Shown piece after piece: positions 22,208-34,594 of a DNA stretch of 64,000 nucleotides (position 1 is its first letter; each line of letters opens with the position of its first letter). The stretch is from Chiloscyllium plagiosum (Eukaryota): positions 78,365,960 to 78,429,959 of the forward strand of contig NC_057710.1 in the NCBI RefSeq assembly GCF_004010195.1, read 5' to 3'. Made by a program: the position numbers and the translations under genes. The notes under the pieces are model-generated. The model did no database searches, was not told the origin of the DNA, and saw nothing but the letters and a program-made list of their open reading frames with translations.

Positions 22208-24816
22208 ATCGCTTTTTGAACCTGTGCCAACTTTAGAGAGTTAATTCTATAAGGATGTTGCTTAATTGGAAGAGCATTTCATTCCCACATGGCTCCCCAT
22301 GTGATTGCAATAACCCTTTCAGGTCATTTCAATTTTCCCCTGGAAGGTAACTCAGTCATCTATCCCAATGTTTGAGCACTTCCTCATTGTCCAATTTAAT
22401 TTGAGGGATGTCCAAGTATGAATCCTCTGAATTTGGTTCTTTACTCTGACTTGTAACCAATAACACAATCAATACATCACATGACACACTCAGATTTCTT
22501 TCTATCTGGCATTCTTATCAATTAGTTCACCTCACTCAATCTCCTTTCAATTTGATAAAGTCTACTGACCCAACCACTGGAAGTAACACTGACACTTTAC
22601 CTCAACTAGCAAAATTGCAAATTTTTGATTTTTTTTTACTTCCTGTTTTATCACATGCTGTACTACTTTTGAATGCTGTCGAGCCTACTCACCTGATCCA
22701 TTTAAACTTTCCCGCAAAAAAGATACATTGTCCAAATGTGTGAGCTCTGACTCACCAAGTTCTTCTTAATTTCTGTGGTCCTCTCACCTTGTGACCAAAA
22801 ACTAATTCAAATGGAATGAATTTGGTAGGTTCATTTGGTGCAATTCTAATTCCAAAAAATATAAATGGAATTCCTTTATCCCAGTCCTCTGGATAGTCTT
22901 GACTATAAGCCATTAACATGTTCTTTAAAATTTGATGGCACAGTTCTAAATGCTCCGTGATTCTGGATGGTATGCAATGGATTTGAATTGTTTTATTCCT
23001 AAGCTGTCCATAACTTCCCTGCAAAATTGGATGCAAAATTTGACCCTTGTTCTGCTTATATGTCTGTAGGTAGTCTATATCTCAAAAAACATTGAGTAAC
23101 TCTTCTACAATCCTTTTAGCCTTAGTACAGCATAATGGAATGTCCTCTGGAAATCTAGTACATGTATCCATTATTGTCTCCAAATACTGATTCCCACTTT
23201 TTGGCTTAAACAGAGTCCTATGCAATAAATTTAGACTGTTGTAAAAGGTTCCTCAAATGCAGGAATGGGTATTAAAGATGCTGATTTTAATTGCTGCCTG
23301 AGGTATTACAATTACTTGACATGTACAACATGTCCAGCAAAATATAATCATCCTCATTTAGTCCAGGCTAGTTTTCCTTATTCTCAAATGACCTCCTACT
23401 GATAATTCATGTGCTACCTGCAACACCTCCTTTCTATAACCCACTGGTATCACAACTTGATGAATTTCATCCCATTTCTCATCCATCCAAACATGTGACA
23501 TTTTCCATTTCCTCATCAAGATGCCATTTTTAAGATAGTAACATTCTGGAATACACTCAGATTTTTTTTCTGTGTATGCTTTTTGATACAACTGCTTCGT
23601 TTTTCTGTTGTAATTTAGTAAAGTTCTCTGAAGTAACACTTTGACTTCCACCTGTTCTTGTTTTATTTTCTCAACCATTTGATCAAACAGGGTCTCTGAT
23701 AAATTGTATTTCAACATCCTTATCTTTAATCTTTCATTTCTCCACCTGTTTCAACTGGTGGCTTTGTGACCTTGTTATCACACATTCAGGAAAAATCCCA
23801 GGACATATTTGCTGTAATATTCCATTTCCTCAACTTCAACCACACTAGGCAGCACTCCTACCTGTGATCAAGCTATATCATTACCAAGCACTAATTGTAT
23901 TCCTGGAAATTAAAGTTCCTCCAGGAATTTTCACTGTAGAATTTTCTCAACTTTTCACTGGACACCCCAACCTCACTCTTTATAATGGAGCACTTCACGT
24001 CACACCATAAATTCCACGTATTGCCACTTTTTCTGGCAATAGTCTTTCTGAATTACATATCTCCTCATCTCTCAATATTAAAGATTAACATGCTTCCATA
24101 TCACTTAAATTTTTAATTTCTTTACCTGCTGCTCCTGGCATATTTACCATCACAAGTAAATTCTTTAAGGCGATCTGGAACTTTCTTCTCAACCACCCCT
24201 AATCAGGTTGAGCATTCTGTTGCAGCTTTTTAGCTTCTACTGTGTTTTCCTTTACCACTTCAACAAAACCCACTGACCCATCCTGTTGTCCCACATCTGT
24301 CTTCCTACCTACACTGTGATTTCATGTTGCGTACTTTATTGCAGCAAAAACATCCAAGCTTTTTTACTTTTCTTTCCCTCTCATGGGTTTCCTTTTTAGC
24401 TTGTGGCAAACTATTATCTTCAATGAGATCTCCTTTCCCCTTACCACTTGAGGATTCCTCTTTCCCCAATTTTATCCCTCACAGATTGAAATTGATGTTG
24501 GAAGCCAAACTTTGATTTATGAATCAACACATAATCATCAGCCATTTCAACTGCCAATTTTGCAGTTTTAACTCTCTGCTCTTCTGCATGAGTTCTAACT
24601 ACTTCAGGAAGTGATTTTTTGAACCCTTCCAAAATAATCACCTCTCTACGAACATCATATGTTTTATCTATTTTCAATGCCCTTATCCACCTATCAAAAT
24701 TACTTTGATTCTTTCAGACTCAACATATGTTTGATCAGGTCCCTCCTTAGATTCCTGAAACTTTGTCTATAGGCTTCTGGCACTTTCGCAGGTTCACTTT
24801 AGATGGTCTTTTTCAC

Positions 24817-25135
24817 CTAGATTGGATTAGATTACTTACAGTGTGGAAACAGGCCCTTCGGCCCAACAAGTCCACACCGACCCGCCGAAGCACAACCCAC
24901 CCATTCCCCTACATTTACCCCATTTACCTAACACTACGGGCAATTTAGCATGGCCAATTCACCTGACCTGCACATCTTTGGACTGTGGGAGGAAACCGGA
25001 GCACCCGGAGGAAACCCACGCAGACACGGGGAGAATGTGCAAACTCCACACAATCAGTCGCCTGAGTCGGGAATTGAACCCGGGTCTCTGGCGCTGTGAG
25101 GCAGCAGTGCTAACCATTGTGCCACCATGCCACCC
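24817..25135 (-). mobile_element. HE1-type SINE inserted in gag
   Basis: Full tRNA head, central domain and (TCTAA)n tail on the minus strand. Confidence 0.93.
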
Positions 25136-25183
25136 ACTCATAATACTCTCCAGATATCTCCTCTAATGGTAATGCAAATACCT

Positions 25184-25724
25184 AGCGAGTTTTGAGAAGA
25201 TTTGTAGCTCTGGTTAAGGTTCTGAATGTAGGTTTGCTCGCTGAGCTGGAAGGTTCATTTTCAGACATTTTGTCACCATACTAGATAACATCTTCAATGA
25301 GCCTCCAAATGAGGCACTGGTGGTGTAGCCCGCTTTCTAATTACGTGTTTAGATTTCCTTGGGTTGGTGATGTAATTTCCTGTGGTGAAGCCATTTTATG
25401 GTGATGTCATTTCCTGTTCATTTTCTCAGGGGGTTGTAAATGTGATCCAAGTCAACATGATTGTTGATAGAGTTCTGGTTGGAATGCCATGCGTCTAGAA
25501 TTCTCAATCGTGTCTTTGTTTGGCTTGTCCTAGAATGGATGTGTTGTTCCAGTTGATGTCGCTACACGAAATGGCATCACCAATTCAAGGAAACCCAAAC
25601 ACATAAATAGAAAGTGGGCTACACTACCGGTGCTTCATCCGGAGGCTCACTGAAGATGTTACCTAGTATGGTGACAAAACATCTGAAGATGAATCTTCCG
25701 GCTCAGTGAGCAAACCTAATCCAG
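25184..25724 (-). mobile_element. Penelope-like element (family C) with inverted termini and GIY-YIG C-terminus
   Basis: 13-bp TSD AATGCAAATACCT (25171-25183, 25725-25737). ~25220-25375 is inverted relative to ~25570-25724. Middle reads INWNNTSILGQAKQRH..FLDAWHSNQNSIN on the minus strand. HHR-like motif in both arms. Confidence 0.88.
25646..25687 (+). ncRNA. Hammerhead motif (PLE family C), CpG-decayed; mirror copy at ~25260-25302 (-)
   Basis: CTCA-CTGAAGA-T-GTTACC TAGTAT GGTGAC-aAAAC-aTC-TGA. Stem II is GTTACC/GGTGAC, stem I is TCA/TGA; the G12 position is mutated. Confidence 0.7.
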
Positions 25725-26579
25725 AATGCAAATACCTCACTAGCTCTACCTAAGAAATTTGTTTGGATCAACAATACTTAGATGGTCACCAGCCATTTCA
25801 ATATTTCAGCTACTTTTTCAAATGAAATGAAAAAGTCTTCTACATCCTTTTCATCATATTTAGGCAACACTTGGACATATTTAAACAGATTCCCCAACAT
25901 GCCTTTGGGTACTGTGATTTTGCTCATCATCACTATCCTACTTACCAAGCCTGCCTTCTACCTTCACCCCTTCCCCTTTTAAGTGCACTCCCTCCTCTCT
26001 GATTACCAATTTCTGAAGTTCAAACTTGCATGCTTTCTGCATTTCTTGTCTCTCTTTCTGATTTTCTTCTCTCAATTTCCACTTTCCTTCCCTCTCTCTC
26101 TCTTTCTTCTGTCAGAGCCTTCCTCTCCTTATCTTTTTTCTCTATTTTGGTTATTCTTGCCCTTTCTCCTTCCTCTGCTTTTAAGCATAATTCAAACTGT
26201 TTTGTTTCTTATTCACGTTCAAGCTGTTGGATTTGCAATTGAATTTTAGCCATTTTCAAAGACTCTGATAGCATTTCTGGCAATCATAAATGTCGAGCAA
26301 TTGCTGCAAATATCTCCTGTTTTCGAAAAGACAAAGACGACAACAACTCAAGCTGGTCTGCCAATTCTAACAACTTTGTCTTGCTCACTTTCAGTATACT
26401 CCTGCAGTGACTTCATCCATCCTCAGAAAACTCATGGTGAATAAAATAGCCATTACTACACAAGGCACACCCTATTTCAACCAATCAAATTCAAAACTTG
26501 AAACAAAAGACATTTACACCTACCACTTGCTGCCTTTGAGTCCAATAGTTCTAAACCCAACATGGAATTAGGAACTTTG

Positions 26580-26598
26580 ATCCTGGTAACAGCCCCCA
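26580..26598 (-). promoter_or_regulatory. Primer-binding site, tRNA-Pro-like
   Basis: Minus strand TGGGGGCTGTTACCAGGAT, 3 nt after the 5' LTR, versus the canonical tRNA-Pro PBS TGGGGGCTCGTCCGGGAT. Confidence 0.75.
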
Positions 26599-26601
26599 AT
26601 A

Positions 26602-27255
26602 TGTTATGGACCAGACAAGGCTCCCTCAAAATATTATAAGAAGGTAGCCTAGACCCTAACATTCTATTTTAAAGGCAATTGTAATGTGCCATGTTCCAGA
26701 TACAATGTGATTCATCAAATTACACAATGTTAAGCAAAACACAATGTATACAAACACTACAGTTAAAATAAAGCAAAAAAAGAGGAATTTAGAACAATGT
26801 AACTCTATTGGAAAACCTAACACAAAAATTAGATTCAGTAAATATTACTAATTGACTGTTCCAAACTAGTAATACCTCATAAACACACTGCTTGGCAAAA
26901 AGGTAAATTCAGTAAAACAGATTTTTTGTCTCACATGCAATCTAGTAAACCAGGAAGAGAACCCCCAGCTTTTTGCTGCAATCGAGAGAAGGAAAAATAG
27001 CTTCAACTTCTTCCAGCCCACAACAGTAACCGCTCAATCTCAAAGCTAAAAAAAAGGAAAAACAAAACTAGAAATCCTGGTATGTCAGAGCTGACCACAC
27101 CCAGCCAGTCTGCTTTTATTGTTCCAACTTAAAAAAACAAAACCCAAGGCCTCCAATCGGTTTACTCTAGTGGTTTTGGTGTTCAGCAACTCTGCCTTGC
27201 ATCTTATCTTTAAAAAAAGGACAAAGTAACCTCTTAAAGCCACAGCATCATCACA
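26602..27255 (-). repeat. 5' LTR of the Gmr1-like element (~650 bp)
   Basis: TGTTATGG...CATCACA; homologous to 21166-21883 and adjacent to the PBS and TSD. Confidence 0.9.
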
Positions 27256-28619
27256 GTGGCCTTCTTAGACTTTATCATATAATTATAAGCTGTTAACACA
27301 ACGCAAATGAGAAACACACAACAAGATGAAGGTACATATTTCAGGGGCCATTCTCTCCAATATGTGGTTTATATTAGGTTAACTCAATACCTCTTATGAT
27401 TCTTGTTTTATTTTTCTAGATTTGCCTTACCTACACATTTTATTAACATCAATGAGGCACTCCCTATAACTTTCTTTTTTTCATACTTTGAAGCATCTTT
27501 TAATATCCTTTCCGATGTCCGTACATAATTGTTACAGAGCAGAACTTGACCGAGCATTGTTTTTAAAATCTAGCCTCTACAGATGTGTACCCTAATAGCA
27601 ATAAAATCCAACTGTTACTAGATATGAGGAAAGTACTTGGAAACAAGATCAGTGTAAATATATCCTACAGAATGCTGGCACTAACTGTTTAATATCATTG
27701 CCAAATTTCTGGACATTAAAAGTGACAAGTCGACTAATGCTGACAGATTTCTCTCCACATCTACATATGTTCACTGACTGGAATTCCATTTGCATCTTTT
27801 TTCAGCCAAAGTCCATTACTTTGTAAGAGTAATTTTTCATTTCTGTACTGTTGGTGGGGAGTCTTGACATTAGAAGCAATTGTTGGAAATTTAGTTGAGA
27901 GTTGCCAATGATTTATGGGCAATTAAAATTAAATATAACTTTGTATATTCAATCTAGTTTAGAATGCTCCACAAGTTTAATAAATTTCACATGGTAAGTA
28001 TTTTCCTGTGGCAAGTCTCAGTTCTGATGTCACTGATGATACATTCTAGCTATTAGCAAGGCAGTATTTAATCCTTTATACTACACCTTTCCAGAGTTTC
28101 GCATTCTACCTGTAAACGATACATTTTAATCATATTTCTACACCTACCTCCACTCCCAGCTCAAGCCCAGCCTGAAATCACTATCAGCGTCTCTAAATCA
28201 GAGAGAACGATGATGCATTGACTTGTCTACTCTATCTGACTATGTGATCTTCTCTCTCAGGACAAATAATAGAAAACATGTATAGCCTGTGAAGGAGATA
28301 CCCTCCTCCACTGGATACACTGGAGATGGCCATCTTCCCTTTCATCTGGAAAGGCAATCCAGGCCTGGAAAGACATCTTTCTGGTGCATATCAACATTAA
28401 TCTTTAGTGTTGAAGGACATCCTGTCCAATGCGGAATCCTATTCCAGGAGGCAACTACATCCTGCCTTTAGGGTCTTCTGATTTGGTCAGGAAAAGGAGG
28501 GTGTGACTGCAAGTGAAACAGGTAAAGGGATCTCGAGAAAAGGAGTACAGGATCCTCAGCCTTTGCGTTCGTTCAGTATATCTGATGTTTTATCAGCTTA
28601 TTGAGATAAGAATGAGCGT

Positions 28620-29090
28620 TGAACAATGGGATGGATTAATTGAATGTCAGAATCTTCAAAGAGCCAAATGTCTGGAATATTCTGCCACATGAATCTTCAA
28701 TATTTTTATTAGAATCTTGCCAGACCATATCTTTTGCAATATCCAGTGCCTTCAGCCATTTCTTGATATCATGTGAACTGAAAGAAATTGGCTGAAGATG
28801 ATATCTTTGATTCTGAAACGCTAAGAAGAGGTTGAGATGGATCATCCACATGATATAACTGACATTCTGAGTACTCCTGTCATTGAAGATGGGGAGGTTT
28901 GTGGAGTCTCCACACCTGTAGGTTATTTAATTGTTCACTATTACTCATGGATTAGATGTGGCATAACTGAAGAGTTTAGATCTGATTTGCTGATTGTGGG
29001 ATCACTGAGCTGTGTTTAGAGCACACTGCTTATTCGGTTTGGTATACAAGTAGTCCTGCATAGTACCCTCAGCAGGTTGACACCTCATAG
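28620..29090 (-). mobile_element. CR1/L2-group LINE fragment (pre-RT region)
   Basis: LQPISFSSHDIKKWLKALDIAK fits the I.F...DI...L..LD..KA motif that precedes the RT domain. Confidence 0.65.
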
Positions 29091-29569
29091 GCTGGCTAAG
29101 AACATATCTAATTAGGTAACCATTTCCATAAAATACTGAAGTTTGTTGACTTTGCAGGGCAGTGGAAATTTCTTGATGGTCAATTTTTTTTTGGAAATCC
29201 AACTTGACAACACATGCGTCAACAATGTCGCCCAGGAAGTTGACAGTTGGCTCGAACAACTGACATGTGGTTTAGTGTCAGGGCTGCAGCCTGTGTAAAC
29301 ATTGTAGCTCCATCCATACTGTGTAAAAAACATTGAATTTAGGAAATTTATTTAAATTAGATTAAATTATACTAAACTAACCTAATTTAACTTAGATTAG
29401 ATCAAATTAGATAAAATCAACTTAAATTAATTTCAATTAAATTAAATGACACCACCCAACACACTCCCACCAAGGCTCCCATCTGAGGGAGCATCAGTTA
29501 CTATACCCGTATTTATTCAAGCTTCCTTCCCCTAAGGCCCCTGGGCCACCAAATCCAGCCTTCACGGCT

Positions 29570-32500
29570 ATATAAAGGCCCTGGTCAATATGGCTGACAA
29601 GTCTGTGTTGATGTAATTTTAAAAGGGCCGCCACGTCTTATAGAATAGCTCAGTTTTCTGGTGCACGACATTCGTAAGAAAATCCAGGGGAACATGCTCC
29701 ATCACTAATATACACCACCCCATGAGACCTCCACAGACACGTCATGTGGAGGCTTAGTGGCTGGCTTGGATCCTTCATTTGGTGTCATTGGTGCCCTCTT
29801 ATTAAATTCACCAAGTTGCAACTCCCACAGGGTATGCCAGGGAAGGGGTAGATCTGGGGTTTTTTCTGAGGTCCAGCTCATTAAAATGTTCTTCCTTGCA
29901 CAATACATGAGAATGTTGAATAATCCCTTTCCATGTTCATCTAGAGATTCAGCAGTCCCAAAAGAAGGATACTGGATCCGCCTTAACTTCAATTCCCAGA
30001 ATCTCCTCCACCTCATTCACTATAACAACCCAGTACCTACGGATCTTATGGCATGACCACAGACAATGTGTCAGGGTGCCGGTGCTTGTTTTACATTTAG
30101 GGCACCCTGGAAATGTTCGTTTCTTGAATTTTGCTAATCGCTCCAGGGCCATATGGGCTCTATGGAGAATCTTCAACTGTATAGCCTGCTCTTTATTGCA
30201 TATTGAGATCTTTTTCACATTCTCCCATATGTACTCCCATGTTTCAGATAAAATTTCTACCCCTAGTTCCCAACTCCAGATTCCGTAGATTCTTTCCATA
30301 TCTTCCAAGGTGACCCCTCTCTGTAAATGGTAGAAAATACTGACTGAGCACTGGGCGCACTCTTCTCTCCATGTTGGACTTGTAGGGCTGAGCTAAAAGC
30401 GTGGTCCTTCTCTGTATATAACCTTTAATCTGAAAATAACGGAAGAGGTCCCTACCAGGTCGCCCATGTTTGTGACTCAGCTGGTGAAAAAACATTAGGA
30501 CCTCTCCTTCAAATAGCTCTTCCAAACTGGAAACTCCCTTGACTTCCCACACTTTAAAGCTGGAATCCATTGACCCTGGCCCGAATCCTGGGGCTCCATC
30601 TAAGGGGGTAAATGGTGAGGTCGTATGCAGGTTACCCTCGCGCTGCCATATCATACTGCACGTTTTAACCGTGCTGATGACAATCGAGATTCTACAATGC
30701 TTTCATCTGATCCATAAACAGCAATTTGCGGAGGGGACACCTTGCCTGGAAGGCCTCGATGTCAAGCCATATCGACCTTGGGTCCTTCCGCACCCAGTCA
30801 CTCACATAGGACAATAAGGTGCTTATTGGTATTGCTTAAAGTCTGAGAGATCTACCCCTCACCCCCATACACTGTGGGAGTTGCAACTTGGTGAATTTAA
30901 TAAGAGGCCACCTAAGACACCAAAGGAAGGATCCAAGCTAGCCACTGAGCCTCTGCATGACGTGTCTGCACAACAACAGGAGCATTCTCATGGGACATAG
31001 TCGCTGGTATGGTAGCTGAGGAAGAACATCCATATTAATCAGAGCTATTCAGCCTAACCATGATATTGGTAACGCCTCTCAGCGTAGAGAGTAATTTTGG
31101 CCTCTTCCATTCTTGCCTTTGGGGCAACTATTTTAGAGTCCTTCCAAATAGCCTCTGCCAATGGTTTGATTACTTAGGTGAATAGCAGAGACGAGAGAGG
31201 ACACCCTTGTCAGCTGCCTCTCCCAGTGCTAAAATAATCTGATTTTATAACTTTTGTAGGATTGTCAGCATAGGGTCATTATACTGCACAGCCACCCACT
31301 AGCGAAAGCAACCCCAAGGCCAAACTGTTCCGGTCACCAAAAGGAGATGGCCACTCCACCCAGTCAAATGCCTTTTCCCTGTCCAAGGAGACCACCATGT
31401 CAAACTGACTTCTCCTGATATACCTGTACTATATTCAACACTCTCCTGATATTATTGGAAGAGGTATGACCCTTAATGCTACCTGTCTGCTCTTCCTTTA
31501 CAATAGTGTGCAGTACCTTTTCTAATCTCAAAGCTAGCATTTTACACAGGATTTTAAAATCTACATTCAGCAGCGAGATAGGTCTATACAAGGCACAGTC
31601 CTCAGGACCTTTCCCTGTCTTTAGAATAAGGGAGATTTTGGCCTCCCAAAGAGAGGGCGGAAGGCAGTCCTGGCTGTATGTGTGATTGTACTTACCCAAT
31701 AATGGCTCGGCCAACATGTTTATGAACTCCTTGTAGAACTCACACAGAAACCCGTCCAGGCCAGGGCTTTGCCACTTTGGAGCTGCCTTCTTGCCTCTTG
31801 AATTTCTTGTATTGTTAAGGGTGCATTCAACAGGGTGGCGTTTATATTGGGAAGATCCAGATTTCAGAAAAGAATTCCATCCTTGCTACTCCACCCTCAC
31901 AACCATCCGACTGGTACAACTCTGTGTAAAATTTCCTGAATATTGCATTAATCTTTTTAGACTCTGAGTGATAGCACCAGTTCTCTCCCTAATGGACACA
32001 ATGGACTGCAGGGCACTTTTCTTCCTGGCCAAATATGCCACGTACCTGCCTGGCTTATCCCCATATTCAAATAACCTTTGTTTCACACAGGAGACTTCAC
32101 TCTTCACCACAGAGAGCTGTGACCTGCTGTAGCTTAGCCACAAATGGTCTATCATAATATGCCGATTCGGCTGCCTTCAGCCAGGCCTTAAACATACGTT
32201 GCTGTTCTCATCTCTGCGTCTTCCTGGTTGCTGAGTACGAAATGATTAAGCCCCTTAAATAAGCCTTGGTTGTCACCCAAAGCATCAATAAATTACTGGC
32301 TGTACCTGAGTTAATGTCCCAGAAGGTCCTAAACTCCCTTGTGAAGTGCTCTATAAACTTGCTTTCTTTCAAAAGAAATGGATCCATGTGCCAATGCCAC
32401 GTATCTATTCCACTATCTTTGATCTTAACATCCAAGTACATTGCCGCATGGTCCGAAATGGCTATATTCCCAATCCTGCAGGATAATACCGAAACCTGAC

Positions 32501-33935
32501 GGATCGATGGAACAAAGAGCATATCAATTCTCATGTGGCACTTGTGCTGGTTGGAGTAAAAGGTAAAATCCCTACCATTAAGGTGGAGACTGCTTTGTCC
32601 TCTACTTTTTGTCATTTACATAAATGATTTGGATGCGAGCATAAGAGGTACAGTTAGTAAGTTTGCAGATGACACCAATATTGGAGGTGTAGTGGACAGC
32701 GAAGAGGGTTACCTCAGATTACAACAGGATCTGGACCAGATGGGCCAATGGGCTGAGAAGTGGCAGAAGGAGTTTAATTCAGATAAATGCGAGGTGTTGC
32801 ATTTTGGGAAAACAAATCTTAGCAGGACTTATACACTTAATGGTAAGGTCCTAGGGAGTGTTGCTGAACAAAGGGACCTGAGAGTGCAGGCTCATAGCTC
32901 ATTGGAAGTGGAGTCGCAGATAGATAGGATAGTGAAGAAGGCGTTTAGTATGCTTTCCTTTATTGGTGAGAGTATTGAGTACGGTAATTGAGAGGTCATG
33001 TTGCGGCTGTACAGGACATTGGTTAGGCCACTGTTGGAATATTGCGTGCAATTCTGGTCTCCTTCCTATCGGAAAGATGATGTGAAACTTGAAAGGGTTC
33101 AGAAAAGATTTACAAGGATGTTGCTAGGGTTGGAGGATTTGAGCTATAGGGAGAGGCTGAACAGGCTGGGGCTGTTTTCCCTGGAGCATTGGAGGCTGAG
33201 GGGTGACCTTATAGAGGTTTACAAAATTATGATGGGCAACATTTAAGAGGCATTTGGATGGGTATATAAATAGGAAGGGTTTGGAGGGATATGAGCTGGG
33301 TGCTGGCAGGTGGGACGAGATTGGGTAGGAATATCTGGTTGGCAATACGGGTTGGACCGAAGGCTCTGTTTCCATGCAGTACATCTCAATAATTCTATGA
33401 CATCTCCACATATCCACCAACCCCAACTCCCCATATAAGTCCACCAATTGTCAGGATTGTGGAGAAATCCCCAAGAGACCCCTTTTCATGTTGTCTGTCT
33501 TGGGGTCCATGAGATGATTGAAGTCTCCTCCTATATGTACGATGCACCCCAAGAGCCATCAATTTGATTAAGAATTTAAGGGGGTGAGCCGGAAGGCAAT
33601 ACTCATTCAGGCTGCCATACTCTTCCCCATGTATTAAGGCCTTCTGGATGATGAACCACCCATGTTCATCCTTTATTTGGTCTATTATCTGAAGTGGGAG
33701 GTTCCTCTATATTAGTATGGCCACTCCTCTGCTTTTAGGATTGAAAAAGGAAAAGAATACCCTACCAAACCCTCTCTGTTGTAATTTCAAATGTTCCTTG
33801 TCATTCAAGTGTGTTTCTTGTAGTAGGGTGATGTAACCCTCTCCTTTCTGAGGTTTCAGAACACCTCCTTTCTTTTGATCGGGGAATGACTCCACTTTAT
33901 GTTCCAGGTGCATCATCTAAACAAACCACTAGCCA
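29570..33935 (-). pseudogene. L1-type ORF2 (APE-RT-CCHC), frameshifted and interrupted
   Basis: LLQETHL..SRGVAILI; DFTFYS..RIDMLFV..ISDHAAM; YRPISLLNVDFKIL.K.LA.RL; RGSRQGCPLS; CPKCKTSTGTLTHCLWSC. Confidence 0.9.
32591..33398 (+). mobile_element. HER1/CR1 LINE 3' portion inserted in the L1 APE domain
   Basis: SKFADDT..LQQDLD..WQKEFNSDKCEVLHFG; LYRTLVRPLLEYCVQFWSP. The host L1 reads VDMWRC|LHLNGRDF across the site, with GAC at both junctions (32588-32590, 33399-33401). Confidence 0.93.
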
Positions 33936-34272
33936 TCATTGTCTAATGCAGCCCACGGCCCCCCAAGGGGGAAGAAGCATATTTGTGGTGCACCGACTGG
34001 AGAAAAGACAGGATTTATAAAAGCTAAAAACTACTGCTACAGATACAACAAAAGCCAAAGAAAAACCCCACTATTAAAGTAAACAAACAAATATACAAAC
34101 AACAGATAACTGGAGATTTACCACTCACCCATAGGGGGCACTCATCCCAATCCCTTCTACCAGCATGGTTCCTTCCAGCTAAAGCTGCATCCCAAACCCA
34201 AGAAGGACAGCGACAAAGAAAACCTATTATTTACACATGTGAAAATTACAAGTGGACGCCCAATCCAACCCC

Positions 34273-34398
34273 TCATTCCTGAATGAGGTCTTTTGCCCAA
34301 AATGTTGATTCTCCTGCTCCTCAGATGATACCTGACCTGTGCTTTTCCAGCACCACACACTTGACTCTAATCGTCAGCATCTGCAGTCCTCACTTTCA
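34273..34398 (+). mobile_element. Short PLE family A HHR+tail insertion in the L1 inter-ORF spacer
   Basis: CATTCCTGAATGAGGTCTTTTGCCCAAAATGTTGATTCTCCTGCTCC..CAGCATCTGCAGTCCTCACTTTC, with flanks CAACCCCT / CATCCCCT. Confidence 0.8.
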
Positions 34399-34594
34399 TC
34401 ATCCCCTTCGTATGTCAACCCCATTTGTCTTTAATAAAAGAGACAACCACCCCACACCCAGAGGAAACAAAGGAATAGCAGGAATGAGTAATAAAAGGGA
34501 ATTTAATATCAAAGCAATGCCAAGTGGATAAAACCAACAACCAAGAGAGCAAAGGATATACCATTGCCCAATGTTTTTTTCTGACCCAGACCAT

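Larger units (their letters stand above)
21166..27255 (-). mobile_element. Gmr1-like Ty3/Gypsy LTR retrotransposon (decayed, RT/RNase H largely deleted)
   Basis: TG..CA termini and 4-bp TSD GTGG (21162-21165, 27256-27259). Minus-strand order: SCAN-like gag (EVIILEGFKKSLPEVVRTHAEEQRVKTAKLAVEMADDY), decayed CCHC knuckle (CFCCNKVRNMKSQC ~24310-24350), protease remnants (NLSDMEAC*SL; LVLGNDIA), integrase (CYYLKNGILMRKW..GGHL; DWDKGIPF..PFELVFGHKVRGP), then RT start (PIKQHPYRIN ~22240-22270). Confidence 0.9.

Noticed and set aside
25983-26249. Hydrophobic F/L/S-rich ORF resembling a membrane protein
   Set aside because: It is the antisense of the E/K/R-rich coiled-coil region of the Gypsy gag.
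29097-29108. Possible L1 TSD (TAAGAACATAT versus TAAGACATAT at ~35602)
   Set aside because: Requires an indel and has no adjacent poly(A); not reliable.
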